Shown: one piece after another, positions 45,210 to 55,568 of the stretch
Layout: each line of letters opens with the position of its first letter
Position numbering within the stretch: the first letter of the stretch is position 1
Assembly: GCA_041694815.1 (NCBI GenBank)
Contig: JBGFSC010000021.1
Location: forward strand, 18,498 to 82,497
Source of the DNA: Elusimicrobiota bacterium
GTDB lineage: Bacteria; Elusimicrobiota; Elusimicrobia; UBA1565; JACRDR01
Length of the DNA: 64,000 nucleotides
Direction of reading: 5' to 3'
Notes under the pieces: generated by a model
Database searches by the model: none
Told to the model about the DNA's origin: nothing
The model's input: only the letters and a program-made list of their open reading frames with translations
Made by a program: the position numbers and the translations under genes

Positions 45210-46172
45210 ATGCCTTCGTTTACCCGTAAGGCACTCTATTTCACGATAGTTCCATATTACCTGGCGCTCCCCGCGCGCCTGGCCGCAGAATTCGACAATG
45301 CGGACCTCGTTGAGTGGGCCAGGAAAGAGATCCATCAGGAAAATGGACCTAATCTTAAAGTACATGAGAATCCGAATCCGGTGCAGTTGCCTCTGCGCAA
45401 CTCGGAAGGCACCTTATTCTTGCCCGAAGAGTGCTTTCCCGACTCGAAATTAAGCGCCGCCGTCATGAACGAGGTAGATGCCTATCTGGCTGTTGCCCCG
45501 AACGGCTCAAAAGAGGAACTAGAGGCGGCTTTTAGCTCCGTGTCCGAGGTCGCTCTGCGATGGGCTCATTCCATTGTGGATCCGGTCCTAAAGGGACGGC
45601 CCCTTGATAAGATTCAAGCGCTCAAGGCCGTCCAAAACCGGTTGATCCGCAATCCCGCGATACCTCCCTTCCACGAATTTCTAGATTCCGGCTACCCAAA
45701 CAGCGCCGGTTGGGTATCGCATATGCATGCCTGGAGCGGCCGAGACGGTGCTTGGGTTCATCATCGCAATGCCGGCAACACTGTTTCCATGGCGCTAAAT
45801 CCATCTACTGCACCTGATCCGTTTACTCAAGAGCTATATCGAACGCACGAATGGAGCCACATTGTCGACATGGCACGCTACAATCAGCTCGATGATCGGG
45901 GGCGAGCCGCAGGTGAAATGAACCCATCACCCCGGCACGCGTTTTTTACCGAATCGAAGGCCTTCGCCCTATCTTATTTACTGAACAAATCCTTGATCTG
46001 GAACGAAGCGCCGCCGTTTCAGCGGTTTCTGAGCAAAATGCTAGCAGGAGGACTTTACCCGTGGGCAGAAAAATTAAATATTAGTAGCAACGGGGACAAG
46101 CCGGCCGGCACGGATGACGCAAGGGTGGCTAAAAAGTCGAACATCATTTACGTCCGAACGATCAAACCATAA
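45210..46172 (+). CDS. Hypothetical protein with HExxH..E zinc-metalloprotease motif
   Basis: THEWSH then ESKAF downstream; possible N-terminal signal; lower GC than flanks. Confidence 0.55.
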   Translation: MPSFTRKALYFTIVPYYLALPARLAAEFDNADLVEWARKEIHQENGPNLKVHENPNPVQLPLRNSEGTLFLPEECFPDSKLSAAVMNEVDAYLAVAPNGSKEELEAAFSSVSEVALRWAHSIVDPVLKGRPLDKIQALKAVQNRLIRNPAIPPFHEFLDSGYPNSAGWVSHMHAWSGRDGAWVHHRNAGNTVSMALNPSTAPDPFTQELYRTHEWSHIVDMARYNQLDDRGRAAGEMNPSPRHAFFTESKAFALSYLLNKSLIWNEAPPFQRFLSKMLAGGLYPWAEKLNISSNGDKPAGTDDARVAKKSNIIYVRTIKP

Positions 46173-46184
46173 CCGATCTGCGCT

Positions 46185-46580
46185 TCACGGAATCCGCTCA
46201 ACATTTTGAGCCGGGATCCATCCCTTCTCTCGTCTTTCATTCTCACACCAAAACCAGCCGCTTTCTTCATTCAAAACAGTCAGCTTATCACCGATACCGA
46301 CTGACAGCTCCGTTGCATCGTAATCTCTAGCGACGATTACATCGTCTCCGATCCTCTGGAGGATTGCCTCAGGCACCCATCCACCCTTCCCGGACCGGGT
46401 TACGCACCATGCCCAACCTTTCCATTCGCCTTGCTTGGGTTGGACTGTCAACTTTTCGCCTCTTTTGACCCGCAACGGATTTGGATAGGCTGATTGGTAG
46501 GGAGTGCGAGCAAAAACTCTGAACAAGTATTTTGAGCCGGTTGAGATAAAATAGTTACCCGTACTTATACTTGACCCCAA
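46185..46580 (-). CDS. Tandem SH3-domain protein (start uncertain)
   Basis: LRVKRGEKL..WKGWAWC..GWVP and DYDATELSVGIGDKL..SGWFWC..KGWIP. Confidence 0.8.
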   Translation of the reverse strand: MGSSISTGNYFISTGSKYLFRVFARTPYQSAYPNPLRVKRGEKLTVQPKQGEWKGWAWCVTRSGKGGWVPEAILQRIGDDVIVARDYDATELSVGIGDKLTVLNEESGWFWCENERREKGWIPAQNVERIP

Positions 46581-46854
46581 AACCGCCCTTGGGCCAATCG
46601 CACTTGATGTTGTCGAAGGGGCAGAGCATGCGGCAGGCGCCGCACTCGATACAGTTCTCGTAGGCCACCAAAATCTTCTTCTGGTGCTCCTCCCACTCGT
46701 AGACCTTGGCCGGGCATACGGTGGTGCAGGGCTTGTCCTTGCATTTCGTAACGCAGGGAGAATCGGCGCCCGAGTTGGAGATGTGTATATGCGATTCCGG
46801 GGATTTCTTGTACTCGAGGAAACCTAGCTTGGCCTCGACCGTCATCTTTTCCAT
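46555..46854 (-). CDS. fixX: FixX-like ferredoxin
   Basis: SHI..C..KPCTTVCPAKVY..CIECGACRMLC..WPKGGFGVKYKYG; TGATG overlap with fixC. Confidence 0.9.
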   Translation of the reverse strand: MEKMTVEAKLGFLEYKKSPESHIHISNSGADSPCVTKCKDKPCTTVCPAKVYEWEEHQKKILVAYENCIECGACRMLCPFDNIKCDWPKGGFGVKYKYG

Positions 46855-48149
46855 CAGATCGCCACCTTCCGCAATGGCCAAAGGTCGCGGGCCAGTCGAA
46901 TGGGCCCGCGCTTGAGCACCATCTTCATGGCTTTCTTGAGATGGTCCCTCTTGGGCTGCCCGTCGGCCGAAAAGCGCAGATGCGCCAGGTCGCAGGCCAA
47001 TTGCGGATAAAAGTCCAAGAAGCCCGGGCTGTTCTCGACGGACTCCTCAAGATCCTTTATTTCCTCGAGATCGGGCCAGACATAGGAGGCCTTGAGCTTG
47101 CCGACATAAGCGGAAAGAGACGCCTTGCTGAAGTCCCCCTTCTTCTTGGCCTCGATCACCGTCTCGCCGGCGAGCCTGCCGGATGTCATCGCCAGGTTGG
47201 AGCCCTCGCGGTAGGGCGGATTGACCATCTGCGCGGCGTCCCCCGCCACGAGGAAGCCGTCGGCGGCCAAAGGCGGCATCGACTTGAACCCCCCCTCGGG
47301 GATGAGATGCGAGGAGTACTCCAGGGTCTTGGAGCCGGAGATGAGCTTGCGGATCAGGGGGTGGTCCTTGACGCGCTCTAAGTGGTCGGAAGGGCGTATC
47401 CCCTTCCTCTGATAATCGGAAAGCTTGCAGCCCACTCCCAACGAGAGGGTCTCTTTGTTGGTATAGATGAAGGCGTAGCCGAGCATGCCCTCGGTGATGG
47501 AGCCGAAAAGCTCCATCGTGGCCCCTTCGCCCTTCTCCAAGGCGAAACGGTCCTCGATCTTCTCGGCGGGAAGCTCCAGCACTTCCTTGGCTCCCAAGGC
47601 CACCTCGCTGGGCTTGAGCTCGTCGATAAAGCCCGCCTTCTGGGCCAGGATGGAGTTGACTCCGTCACAGGCGATGACCACGCTGCCCAGCAGCTCGTCG
47701 CCCTCGCTCGTCTTGATGCCCTTGATTCGGCCTTGATCGTCGCGGACCACGTCGCGTACCGTCACGCCGCTGTAGATCTCGGCGCCGGCCTCCGCCGCCT
47801 TGGACGCGTACCATTGGTCGAAGCGCACGCGGATGATGGTGTAGCAGTTGGGGATGTCCTGGAGGAACTTGAGCGACTTGTAGCCGACGGTGATCCAGGA
47901 ATCCCGGGTGGTGATGCAGGTCTTCTGCTCGACGATGGGGCGCTCGATGGCCGCGGCCGGGTCCTTCCAGAACTCCGGGAGGATCTCGTGCAGCATGCGC
48001 GAATAGAGCACCGCGCCCTGCACGTTCTTGGCGCCCGGATACTCGCCGCGGTCGAGCACGACCACGCTAAGGCCGGCCCGGGCCATCGTGATCGCGGCCG
48101 ACACTCCGGCGGGCCCGGCCCCTACGACGATCGCGTCAAAATCGGACAC
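46854..48149 (-). CDS. fixC: FixC-like FAD oxidoreductase (ETF:quinone oxidoreductase)
   Basis: VGAGPAG, RGEYPGAKN, FDQWY, DGVNS, FIYTNKETLSLG, EYSSHLIPEGG, GDAA. Confidence 0.9.
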   Translation of the reverse strand: MSDFDAIVVGAGPAGVSAAITMARAGLSVVVLDRGEYPGAKNVQGAVLYSRMLHEILPEFWKDPAAAIERPIVEQKTCITTRDSWITVGYKSLKFLQDIPNCYTIIRVRFDQWYASKAAEAGAEIYSGVTVRDVVRDDQGRIKGIKTSEGDELLGSVVIACDGVNSILAQKAGFIDELKPSEVALGAKEVLELPAEKIEDRFALEKGEGATMELFGSITEGMLGYAFIYTNKETLSLGVGCKLSDYQRKGIRPSDHLERVKDHPLIRKLISGSKTLEYSSHLIPEGGFKSMPPLAADGFLVAGDAAQMVNPPYREGSNLAMTSGRLAGETVIEAKKKGDFSKASLSAYVGKLKASYVWPDLEEIKDLEESVENSPGFLDFYPQLACDLAHLRFSADGQPKRDHLKKAMKMVLKRGPIRLARDLWPLRKVAI

Positions 48150-48536
48150 CTACGACGTCCCGTTGCCCGCCTTGCCGATGACGTTCTCAACCTTCTCCAG
48201 AAGCGCCTCGGCCTTGAACGGCTTGGTCATGAAGCCCGCCACCTGCGAAAACTTTTGGAACAACGTCTTAGAAGGCTCCAGGGCGGTGAGGACGATGATC
48301 GGCATCGCCTTCATGCTGCCCTCCTGGGCGATCTTGAGCTGCAGGGAATAGCCGTCGATGCCGGGGAGCATGACGTCGAGCACCAGGAGATCGGGTTTGG
48401 CCTTGATGATGCTGTCCCAGGCGTGCCGTCCGTTGTCGCAAGTCGACACCTCGTAGCCGGCGTGCTCGAGCGTGAACTTGACGAGGTTGAGCATCTCGGG
48501 CTCGTCGTCGATGACCAAGACCCTTTTCTTGGCCAT
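48150..48536 (-). CDS. Single-domain response regulator
   Basis: ATG 48536 (TAATG overlap); VLVIDDE..VLDVMLPGIDG..LTA..TKPF. Confidence 0.9.
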   Translation of the reverse strand: MAKKRVLVIDDEPEMLNLVKFTLEHAGYEVSTCDNGRHAWDSIIKAKPDLLVLDVMLPGIDGYSLQLKIAQEGSMKAMPIIVLTALEPSKTLFQKFSQVAGFMTKPFKAEALLEKVENVIGKAGNGTS

Positions 48537-49123
48537 TATAGATCCTTCGCCTCGGCGAGCTCCTTGTAGCGGGCCGGGTTCTTCTTCTTGAGCTCCTCGA
48601 CGAGCTTCTTGCGGTGCTCGGCCCAAGCCTTGGCGTTGGGCCCGATCTTGCGCTTGCCGTCGTGGACCAGGAACTCCCAGATCTTCTTGCCCTCGGCCTG
48701 ATCGATCTTGCAGCCGGGCTTGGCCATCATGCGCTTGACGTAGCGGGACCAGATGTTGGCTTCCACCTGCCAGGCCTCGGGATTCTTGAAGAGCTCGGGT
48801 TGGGACTTCTTGAGATCTGAGACCGCCGCCTCCTTCTTGGCCTTCTCGACGTCGGGCTCGACGAAGCGCGAATTGAGCGGCCGCGCCGGGGAATGGCACT
48901 GGGCGCAGCGCGCCTTGAGCAGGCGGTAGCCCTCCTGGACGTCGGCGGGATAGCCCTTGACGATCGAGTCGATCTCCTGCGGGCCGAAATCGTTCGGATA
49001 GGGGTTCTGCAGGGCCTTTTCCTTCTCGAGCTCCGCGGCCGATTTCTTGGCCTGGGCCGAGGCGAGGCCGGCCCAGGAGAAGGCCAAACACCCGACGGCG
49101 AAAAGAAGCGTTCCTTTCCTCAT
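48536..49123 (-). CDS. Exported monohaem c-type cytochrome
   Basis: Signal peptide; CAQCH; W..YVKRMMAKP candidate Met ligand. Confidence 0.8.
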   Translation of the reverse strand: MRKGTLLFAVGCLAFSWAGLASAQAKKSAAELEKEKALQNPYPNDFGPQEIDSIVKGYPADVQEGYRLLKARCAQCHSPARPLNSRFVEPDVEKAKKEAAVSDLKKSQPELFKNPEAWQVEANIWSRYVKRMMAKPGCKIDQAEGKKIWEFLVHDGKRKIGPNAKAWAEHRKKLVEELKKKNPARYKELAEAKDL

Positions 49124-49133
49124 GTGGGTCCTC

Positions 49134-50501
49134 CTAGAAGCCCAAATCGTCCTTCTTGGCGATGCTCATCAGATAGGTTAGCAAATCTTCGAGCTCGGCC
49201 CCCTTTATTTTATCCTTCCAAGGCGGCATGTACAGGGGAGGGACCGGGCCGTCAGGGTTGTACTTGACGATGGCCGAGCCGGGAACGCCGTTCTGTATCT
49301 TGGCGCGTAGCTCTTCGCGCGTATAGGTTCCCACGGTTTCCGGCAGCGTGGGCTCGCGCCCGAGCGACATGGCTTCGTGCAGCTTGCCCTCATCGCCCGC
49401 CACGGAGGCCAGCTCGGGCTGTCCTGGACCCAAGGCGTTGTAATTGCGCCGGCCCTCCTTGGCGTCGACGCCGTGGCAGCCGGCGCAGCCGTATTTCTTG
49501 AACACGAAGCGGCCGTGCTCGACGGCCGAGCCGAACCTGGGCTCGGGCTTGGGCGCCGCCGCCACGAAATAGGTCGACGGGATCGGCTCGTGGCTGAGCG
49601 ACAGCAGGTAGGCCGTGATCGCGTCCGCGCCGCCCTTGGGAAGCTCCCGCGTGAAATCCGGCATGCCGCTGGGAGCGATCGGCTCCTTATTGTACTTGGC
49701 GAAGGGATCGTTCGGAACGAAATCCATCGGGACGTTCGTCAGGTGCGCCTCGATCCAAGCCTGCAGCTTCCACTCCTCCTTGGGCAAGGGCTTGCCGTCC
49801 TTCTGGATCAGCGAAAAATTGTAGGGGGCGACCCTCTCGAGCGGTTTGTCGGCGATGTCGCCCAAGTCCACGCTGATGACGCCGCCGACGCGGTTGATCT
49901 GATGGCAGCCCATGCAGCCGTGGTTTTCCATCAGCTTCCGCCCCATGGCCACGGTCTCGGCGCCCTTGAGCGTCTCGAAATTGGCGTGGCAGCGGGCGCA
50001 AGAGGCCTGGATCAAGGAACCCTTGAGCAGGGGTTTTTCCCAGTTCTCGACGTCCCCATGGGCCGCCTTCGCCGTCGTCGCCAACCCCTGCCCGGCGTGG
50101 CAGGAGGTGCAGGCGAATTTCTGGAACGGATGGTCCTTGACGACACCCTTCAAGTCCGGATGCCCCGTGAATGGCTGCTCCTTGAGGTCCGTCTTGAGCG
50201 TCGGGTTGGCGAACTCGTCCATGCCGACGTGGCAGGTGATGCAGCGATCGACGGCATCCAAGTCCTTGACGATGATCTGGCGGATCATCACCGGCTGATC
50301 GCGCAGGCCCTTGGCCTGGTCCCGCAGGGCCTTGGCCTCCTCGGGGCTCTTGGCGCTCGCCGCCCTCTCCTCAAGCTTGGCGGATTGAGCCCTGAAGAAT
50401 TCCTTCTGGTACTTGCGCCACTCGGTGTCGTGATCGATATACAGCGCGACCAGGAAGGAGGCCAGGAGCAGGGCGTTGAAGAGATAAAAAAGCTTGCGCA
50501 T
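49134..50501 (-). CDS. Membrane-anchored pentahaem cytochrome c (bc-complex subunit)
   Basis: ATG 50501; N-terminal TM; CITCH, CTSCH, CARCH, CMGCH, CAGCH. Confidence 0.9.
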   Translation of the reverse strand: MRKLFYLFNALLLASFLVALYIDHDTEWRKYQKEFFRAQSAKLEERAASAKSPEEAKALRDQAKGLRDQPVMIRQIIVKDLDAVDRCITCHVGMDEFANPTLKTDLKEQPFTGHPDLKGVVKDHPFQKFACTSCHAGQGLATTAKAAHGDVENWEKPLLKGSLIQASCARCHANFETLKGAETVAMGRKLMENHGCMGCHQINRVGGVISVDLGDIADKPLERVAPYNFSLIQKDGKPLPKEEWKLQAWIEAHLTNVPMDFVPNDPFAKYNKEPIAPSGMPDFTRELPKGGADAITAYLLSLSHEPIPSTYFVAAAPKPEPRFGSAVEHGRFVFKKYGCAGCHGVDAKEGRRNYNALGPGQPELASVAGDEGKLHEAMSLGREPTLPETVGTYTREELRAKIQNGVPGSAIVKYNPDGPVPPLYMPPWKDKIKGAELEDLLTYLMSIAKKDDLGF

Positions 50502-52216
50502 TATATGTTGAGGCTCAAGGCCGGGATCGTCAGGACGTATTTGATCTGGAAGCCGAGCCGCGCGCCCATCTTCAGCAGCACACCCATGGTGCAGACCACG
50601 AGGAACATCGTCACCAGGTAGCGGGTCCAATCCAGACCGCGGATGTACTTCTGCGGCAGCAGGAAGCCGAAATAAAAGTAGAGGGAACCGAAGAAGACGA
50701 GCCAAAAGCCTTGAAGCCACGGAAGGCCGAAGGCGACGTTGCCTATCACCGCCACCGCCGCCATGGCGAGGATGAAGAGCAGCGTGGATTTAAGCTCCGG
50801 CAATTCGCGCTGGATCAGCTTGGGCCCGACCATCGCGAATACGCCCCCTAGGCCCAACACCGGAAGCCCCAGCCAAATCGGCAGCGAGGCGTCCCCCTTG
50901 GGCCCGAACACGCTCCAGGTCGGCGGGGGCGGGGCCTGCTGGATCAGCCAGGACTCCCAAGGCCAGTACCACGCGAAATTCGGCCCGCGGCAATAATAGC
51001 CGATGTAGATGAGGATGAACCACATCGCGACGCCCAAAAGGAATTGGATGTTGGCGAAGCGGCGCTCCTTCCACGCATAATAGCCGACGCCCTTGGGGTT
51101 AGTATCAATATAGGGGATCGCCATCAGCCCAACGATGATGAGGTTCGGGAGCACGACGCCCGCGATCCAGGGGTCGAAATAGACGAGCAGCTCCTGGAGG
51201 CCGACGAAATACCACGGCGCCTTCGACGGGTTCGGGGTGACGTTGGGATTGGCCTCAAACTCCAGGGGCGCGTTCATCCAGATGCTCCAGAGCATGATGG
51301 CGAGCAGGCAGCCGGCCGCCGCGATGTATTCGCGGACGATCAGGTTGGGCCAGACCTCGACCTTCTGCTCATTGGGATCGATGGGGGCGGCCGAGAAGCT
51401 GTCCTTGCGGATGCGCCAGAAATGGAGGATCAACAGGACGCCCACGATCAAGGGTACGGCCACGCAGTGCATGACGTAAAATCGCAGCAGGGTATTCTCG
51501 CCCACGATGGTGCCGCCCAGCAGCACGAAGCGCACGTCGTTGTTGATGCGCATGCCGAGCAGCGACGAGAACGGGCCCTCATTGCCCAGCCCGGGCGTGG
51601 CCCCCGCCATGTTGGTGCCCACCGTCACCGCCCAGATGGCCAGCTGATCCCACGGCAAAAGGTAGCCCGTAAACGAGAGGAACAAGGTCAGCGTCAGCAG
51701 CAGGACCCCGACGCCCCAATTGAACTCCCGGGGTTTCTTGTAAGAGCCGGTGAGGAAAACGCGCACCATGTGCAGGATCACGAAGACCACCATCGCCTGG
51801 GCCGACCAGCGATGCATGTTGCGCATGAGCTTGCCCAGGGTGATGGCGAACTCCAGGTCCTTCATGTCCTGATAGGCGAGGTCCACGGTGGGCCGGTAAT
51901 AGAACATGAGCAGCACGCCGGTGACGGTGAGGATCAAGAACAGCATGAATGAGATCCCGCCGAGGCCCCAGGTGAAGGTCCACTGCAAGGCTCGGGGGCG
52001 TATGCGGACTGGGTGCAGGTGCAACCAGACGTTGCCGATGATATGAGCGGAGCGGTCGCGCGGGGTGTCCTTCCAAACCCCGCCTCGGAATATGCTGCGC
52101 CAGACTTGGGAATCGACGACCGACTTCTTGAGGGTGTCGAAATCGGGAAGCTTGAAGCCGTTTCCGCCGCCGTTTGCCTGCGTCGAGGAGGGCGTCGGAG
52201 ACGCGGTTTCAGCCAT
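50501..52216 (-). CDS. Cytochrome b (b6 and subunit IV in one chain, extra C-terminal TMs)
   Basis: [56 protein letters not shown]; Qo motif APWY. Confidence 0.93.
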   Translation of the reverse strand: MAETASPTPSSTQANGGGNGFKLPDFDTLKKSVVDSQVWRSIFRGGVWKDTPRDRSAHIIGNVWLHLHPVRIRPRALQWTFTWGLGGISFMLFLILTVTGVLLMFYYRPTVDLAYQDMKDLEFAITLGKLMRNMHRWSAQAMVVFVILHMVRVFLTGSYKKPREFNWGVGVLLLTLTLFLSFTGYLLPWDQLAIWAVTVGTNMAGATPGLGNEGPFSSLLGMRINNDVRFVLLGGTIVGENTLLRFYVMHCVAVPLIVGVLLILHFWRIRKDSFSAAPIDPNEQKVEVWPNLIVREYIAAAGCLLAIMLWSIWMNAPLEFEANPNVTPNPSKAPWYFVGLQELLVYFDPWIAGVVLPNLIIVGLMAIPYIDTNPKGVGYYAWKERRFANIQFLLGVAMWFILIYIGYYCRGPNFAWYWPWESWLIQQAPPPPTWSVFGPKGDASLPIWLGLPVLGLGGVFAMVGPKLIQRELPELKSTLLFILAMAAVAVIGNVAFGLPWLQGFWLVFFGSLYFYFGFLLPQKYIRGLDWTRYLVTMFLVVCTMGVLLKMGARLGFQIKYVLTIPALSLNI

Positions 52217-52743
52217 CAGGCGTATTGGACGAAATAAGGTTCTTCCGTGCGCAGGCCCGGCCGGTCCTCGAGGATCGCCTTATCGACGAGAAGATCGCCC
52301 GTCGCGGTAAGCTCGATCTTGGTCCGCCAGAGGGCACGGGGCGCCGGCCCGGCGATCACGTCGCCCTCCTTATCGAAGTTGGAGCCGTGGCACGGGCAAC
52401 GGAAGCGGTCTTGATCCGCGAACCAGTTGGGGGTGCAGCCGAGGTGGGTACAGCGCGCCCAGAGGGCGTAGAAGCCCTTCTCGGTGCGCACGATCCAAAC
52501 CCGCTGCTCGCTGAGCCATTTCGTGGAGACCCCGAGATCGTAGGACTTCGCGGGCCCCGCGTTGAACTTCTGGGAAGGCTCGTAGATGACGTTCGGGAAG
52601 AAAAACCTCGCGGTCGCGGCGGCGGTGGCCCCGAAGAAGCCCACCAGCGAGGCCCAGCCGATCCAAAGGAAGTCGCGCCGCGTCACCTGTCCCGACGGTT
52701 TCGCGGGCGCCGGTCCCGCGGCCGCCGGAGGCTGATCTGTCAT
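52216..52743 (-). CDS. Rieske iron-sulfur subunit
   Basis: Tat motif TRRDFL; CTHLGC and CPCHGS; promoter TTGACA-18-TACATT ends 8 nt before ATG 52743. Confidence 0.94.
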   Translation of the reverse strand: MTDQPPAAAGPAPAKPSGQVTRRDFLWIGWASLVGFFGATAAATARFFFPNVIYEPSQKFNAGPAKSYDLGVSTKWLSEQRVWIVRTEKGFYALWARCTHLGCTPNWFADQDRFRCPCHGSNFDKEGDVIAGPAPRALWRTKIELTATGDLLVDKAILEDRPGLRTEEPYFVQYA

Positions 52744-52814
52744 CGCGTGCGAATGTAACACTTCGGCAAATTGGTTGTCAAGTTCGTCATCGGGAAGGTA
52801 CAATCGGACAAAGG

Positions 52815-53684
52815 ATGCGTCAAAACCTGTCAGGCGGAAAGGGATCCTTCCATGCGCGCATCTGGGCCAAGCTGTTGCGCCATGACCGCGCCCACGACCT
52901 GATTCGGCCGGCGGATGCCGTCGTAGCCGCTATTTCGGGCGGTGCCGATTCGGTATGCCTGGCCCACTTCCTGAGCCGATTAGCCGATCGCCGAAACCTC
53001 CGCCTTCGCTTCGTGCATCTCCACCACGGCTTGCGCGGCAGGGCCGCAGACCAGGACGCGCGATTCGTCGTCAGCCTGGGGCGCCACCTGAATACCCCGG
53101 TCACGGTCATTGCGATTCCCGTCGCCAAAGTCGCGCGTCAAGAACGAAGAAGCCTTGAAGACGCCGGACGGCTGCTGCGCTACCGCGCCCTCGCCCGGCG
53201 CGCCCGGGCCTGGGGCTTCGAGAAGGTGGCCACGGGCCATCACCTCGACGACCAGGCCGAGACGCTCCTGCTGCATCTGCTTCGGGGGAAGAATCCGAAA
53301 GGGCTTTGCGGCATGCCGGCGCGGCGGCCCATGGCAAAGGGCGTGTCGCTCGTGCGCCCCCTGCTATGCTTAAGCCGCGACGAGATCCTGCAGTATCTTG
53401 CCTACCACCGGCTTTCGTGGCGCGAGGATCGATCCAATCGCTCTACGCGCTTTACCCGCAATTGGGTACGGCAACGCCTGCTTCCTCTATTAGCGAAGAG
53501 GTCCCCAAAAATACGGGAGCATCTGGCCGCTATCGCTGAAGGCCTGCGAGAGGCTGGATTCGCAGGCCCGCGCGCTCGCGGATCACGGGGCCGTGCCCCG
53601 GGCAGAGGGTCTCTACGTCGAGCGAGGCCAGGCGCTCGATCGAACCGCGGGACGCGGCGGCGTCGACGCCCAGGCCGGGCTTAA
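52815..53684 (+). CDS. tilS: tRNA(Ile)-lysidine synthetase (short form)
   Basis: SGGADS PP-loop, [40 protein letters not shown]. Confidence 0.92.
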   Translation: MRQNLSGGKGSFHARIWAKLLRHDRAHDLIRPADAVVAAISGGADSVCLAHFLSRLADRRNLRLRFVHLHHGLRGRAADQDARFVVSLGRHLNTPVTVIAIPVAKVARQERRSLEDAGRLLRYRALARRARAWGFEKVATGHHLDDQAETLLLHLLRGKNPKGLCGMPARRPMAKGVSLVRPLLCLSRDEILQYLAYHRLSWREDRSNRSTRFTRNWVRQRLLPLLAKRSPKIREHLAAIAEGLREAGFAGPRARGSRGRAPGRGSLRRARPGARSNRGTRRRRRPGRA

Positions 53685-54210
53685 GCCGCCCGCCTCGGTT
53701 ATCCAACGCGTCTCCGCAAACGAGCACCTGATGCACTGGATCGTAGAGGCTCAAGGATCCGTCGGTGTGCCCGGGAGTATGGAAGACCTGCCATCCCGGC
53801 AGGGCGCGCAGCGGCTCCTGGGGGGACGCGGCGACCACCCGCGCGAGGGGCTCGAGGCCGGAACTCCAGAAAAACGCGCCCCGCAGCCGGTCGCCAAAGC
53901 CGCGATACGGCGGCGGGGGTGCGTTTCCCGTCAACGCAGGGATGTCCAAGGGGTGCGCGAAGACCTTCACGAGGCGGCGGCTTAAGATAAAGGCCGCCGC
54001 GCCGCTATGATCGGGATGGGCGTGCGTGAGCACGATCCTCTGGATCTCCTCGAGATGGAACCCTCCGTCGCGCATCTCGGCGAGCAGCGAGGAGGCGCGG
54101 CGGGCGGGGCCGCAATCCACCAGGGCCCAGCCCGCCGCCTCCTGGATCAGGTAGGCGTTGACCGCGCCTCCCGCCTCCAGCAGGTACAACCCGTCCCGGA
54201 TGCGCCGCAC
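53530..54210 (-). CDS. Metallo-beta-lactamase-fold hydrolase
   Basis: THAHPDHSG, HTPGHT, GDAL, PGHG. Confidence 0.9.
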   Translation of the reverse strand: MRRIRDGLYLLEAGGAVNAYLIQEAAGWALVDCGPARRASSLLAEMRDGGFHLEEIQRIVLTHAHPDHSGAAAFILSRRLVKVFAHPLDIPALTGNAPPPPYRGFGDRLRGAFFWSSGLEPLARVVAASPQEPLRALPGWQVFHTPGHTDGSLSLYDPVHQVLVCGDALDNRGGRLKPGLGVDAAASRGSIERLASLDVETLCPGHGPVIRERAGLRIQPLAGLQR

Positions 54211-54852
54211 TCAGCGGTATTCGATCGTCACTTCCTTCAAGATCACGGGGGTGAGGGGCCGGTCGCTGCCGTCGCGCGGCGTCGTGGAGATGACGTCGGC
54301 CACGTCCTGGCCCTCGATCACCTCGCCGAATATCGTGTGGCGGTTATTGAGCCATGGGGTCGGCGCGACGGTGATGAAGAACTGGCTGCCGTTGGTGTTC
54401 GGGCCGGCGTTGGCCATCGCCAGAAGCCCCGACTTATCGAAACCGCGCCGCGAGAATTCGTCCTCGAAACGGTAGCCCGGCCCGCCCGTCCCGTTGCCCA
54501 AGGGATCGCCCCCCTGTATCATGAAGCTGGGGATCACCCGATGGAACAAAGTGCCGTTGTAGAGAGGGCGGCGCACCTGCTGGCCCGTATTGGGCTCGAT
54601 CCATTCCTTGCGGCCCGTGGCCAAGCCGATGAAGTTTTCCACGGTTTTCGGAGCGTCGGCGGGCAATAGGCGGACGACGATCTTTCCCTTGCTGGTTTGC
54701 AGCACCGCGTGCGGCGTCTGGACTTCCGACTTCTTGGCCGCGGGCTGAGCCGCGGAGCCTTCGCTTTTCATGGTTTCTCCAGTAGGCACGGCCTTGCCGG
54801 CGCATCCGGCGCCGGCGAGCGCTAGCCCCAAGCTGATCATCATTGGCTTCAT
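54211..54852 (-). CDS. Cyclophilin-type peptidyl-prolyl isomerase (probable lipoprotein)
   Basis: ATG 54852; LAGAGC lipobox-like; FHRVIPSFMIQGGDP, MANAGPNTNGSQFFIT, HTIFG. Confidence 0.94.
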   Translation of the reverse strand: MKPMMISLGLALAGAGCAGKAVPTGETMKSEGSAAQPAAKKSEVQTPHAVLQTSKGKIVVRLLPADAPKTVENFIGLATGRKEWIEPNTGQQVRRPLYNGTLFHRVIPSFMIQGGDPLGNGTGGPGYRFEDEFSRRGFDKSGLLAMANAGPNTNGSQFFITVAPTPWLNNRHTIFGEVIEGQDVADVISTTPRDGSDRPLTPVILKEVTIEYR

Positions 54853-55568
54853 TTCTTCTCCTCCAATACCTGCTTCGGGATGCCGATGTCGAGCACCTTG
54901 AGCTCCCCCACGTTTTGCGCGGCATGCGGGGCTAGCAGCCCTTTTTTCGGCAGCCCCAGCGCCAGGGTACGCGCCGCCCGCACGAATACCCCGCTGTGAT
55001 GCCCGCTGTCCGGGTTGAGCCCCGAGGGGATGTCGACGGCGATGATCGGCTTGCCCGAGCGCATCATGCCCTGTATGGCCTCGCGCACGACCCCCGCCGG
55101 CTTGCCCGAGGAGCCTGTGCCCAGCAGCGCGTCCACCGCCAGATCCGCCTCGGCGAGGCCGCGCTCCAGCCAATCCCCCTCCTTCCCTAACTCCCGGACC
55201 GGCACTCCCGCCTCGGCGGCTTTGCGGAGATTCGCTTTCACCTCCGACCCGTAGCCCGGCTCGCGGGAAGGAACGATGAAAACGGAGACCGCGCAGCCCT
55301 TGGCCTTGAGGTGGCGGGCGGCCACGAGCCCGTCTCCGCCGTTGTTGCCCCGGCCGCAGCAAACGACCACCCTGCTGGATTCGATGGGCTTGCCCAAACG
55401 CATCATAAGGTAATCCGCCGCCTGCTCGGCGACAGCCCTCCCCGCGTTCTCCATTAATTCCAGGGGCGGCACGCCCGAGCGCTCGCTGGCCCGGTCGATG
55501 GCCGCCATTTCCGCGGCGGAGACGGCGCGCAGCCCCTCGAATCGGTCGGGTATGGGCGACTTGGGCAT
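54849..55568 (-). CDS. nnrE: NAD(P)H-hydrate epimerase (YjeF N-terminal domain)
   Basis: ATG 55568; LMENAG, CGRGNNGGDG, VDALLGTG, AVDIPSG. Confidence 0.92.
   Translation of the reverse strand: MPKSPIPDRFEGLRAVSAAEMAAIDRASERSGVPPLELMENAGRAVAEQAADYLMMRLGKPIESSRVVVCCGRGNNGGDGLVAARHLKAKGCAVSVFIVPSREPGYGSEVKANLRKAAEAGVPVRELGKEGDWLERGLAEADLAVDALLGTGSSGKPAGVVREAIQGMMRSGKPIIAVDIPSGLNPDSGHHSGVFVRAARTLALGLPKKGLLAPHAAQNVGELKVLDIGIPKQVLEEKK

Noticed and set aside
47382..51952. Long plus-strand ORFs (47382-48569, 49377-50621, 51044-51952)
   Set aside because: Shadows of fixC and the cytochrome genes, with no motifs of their own.
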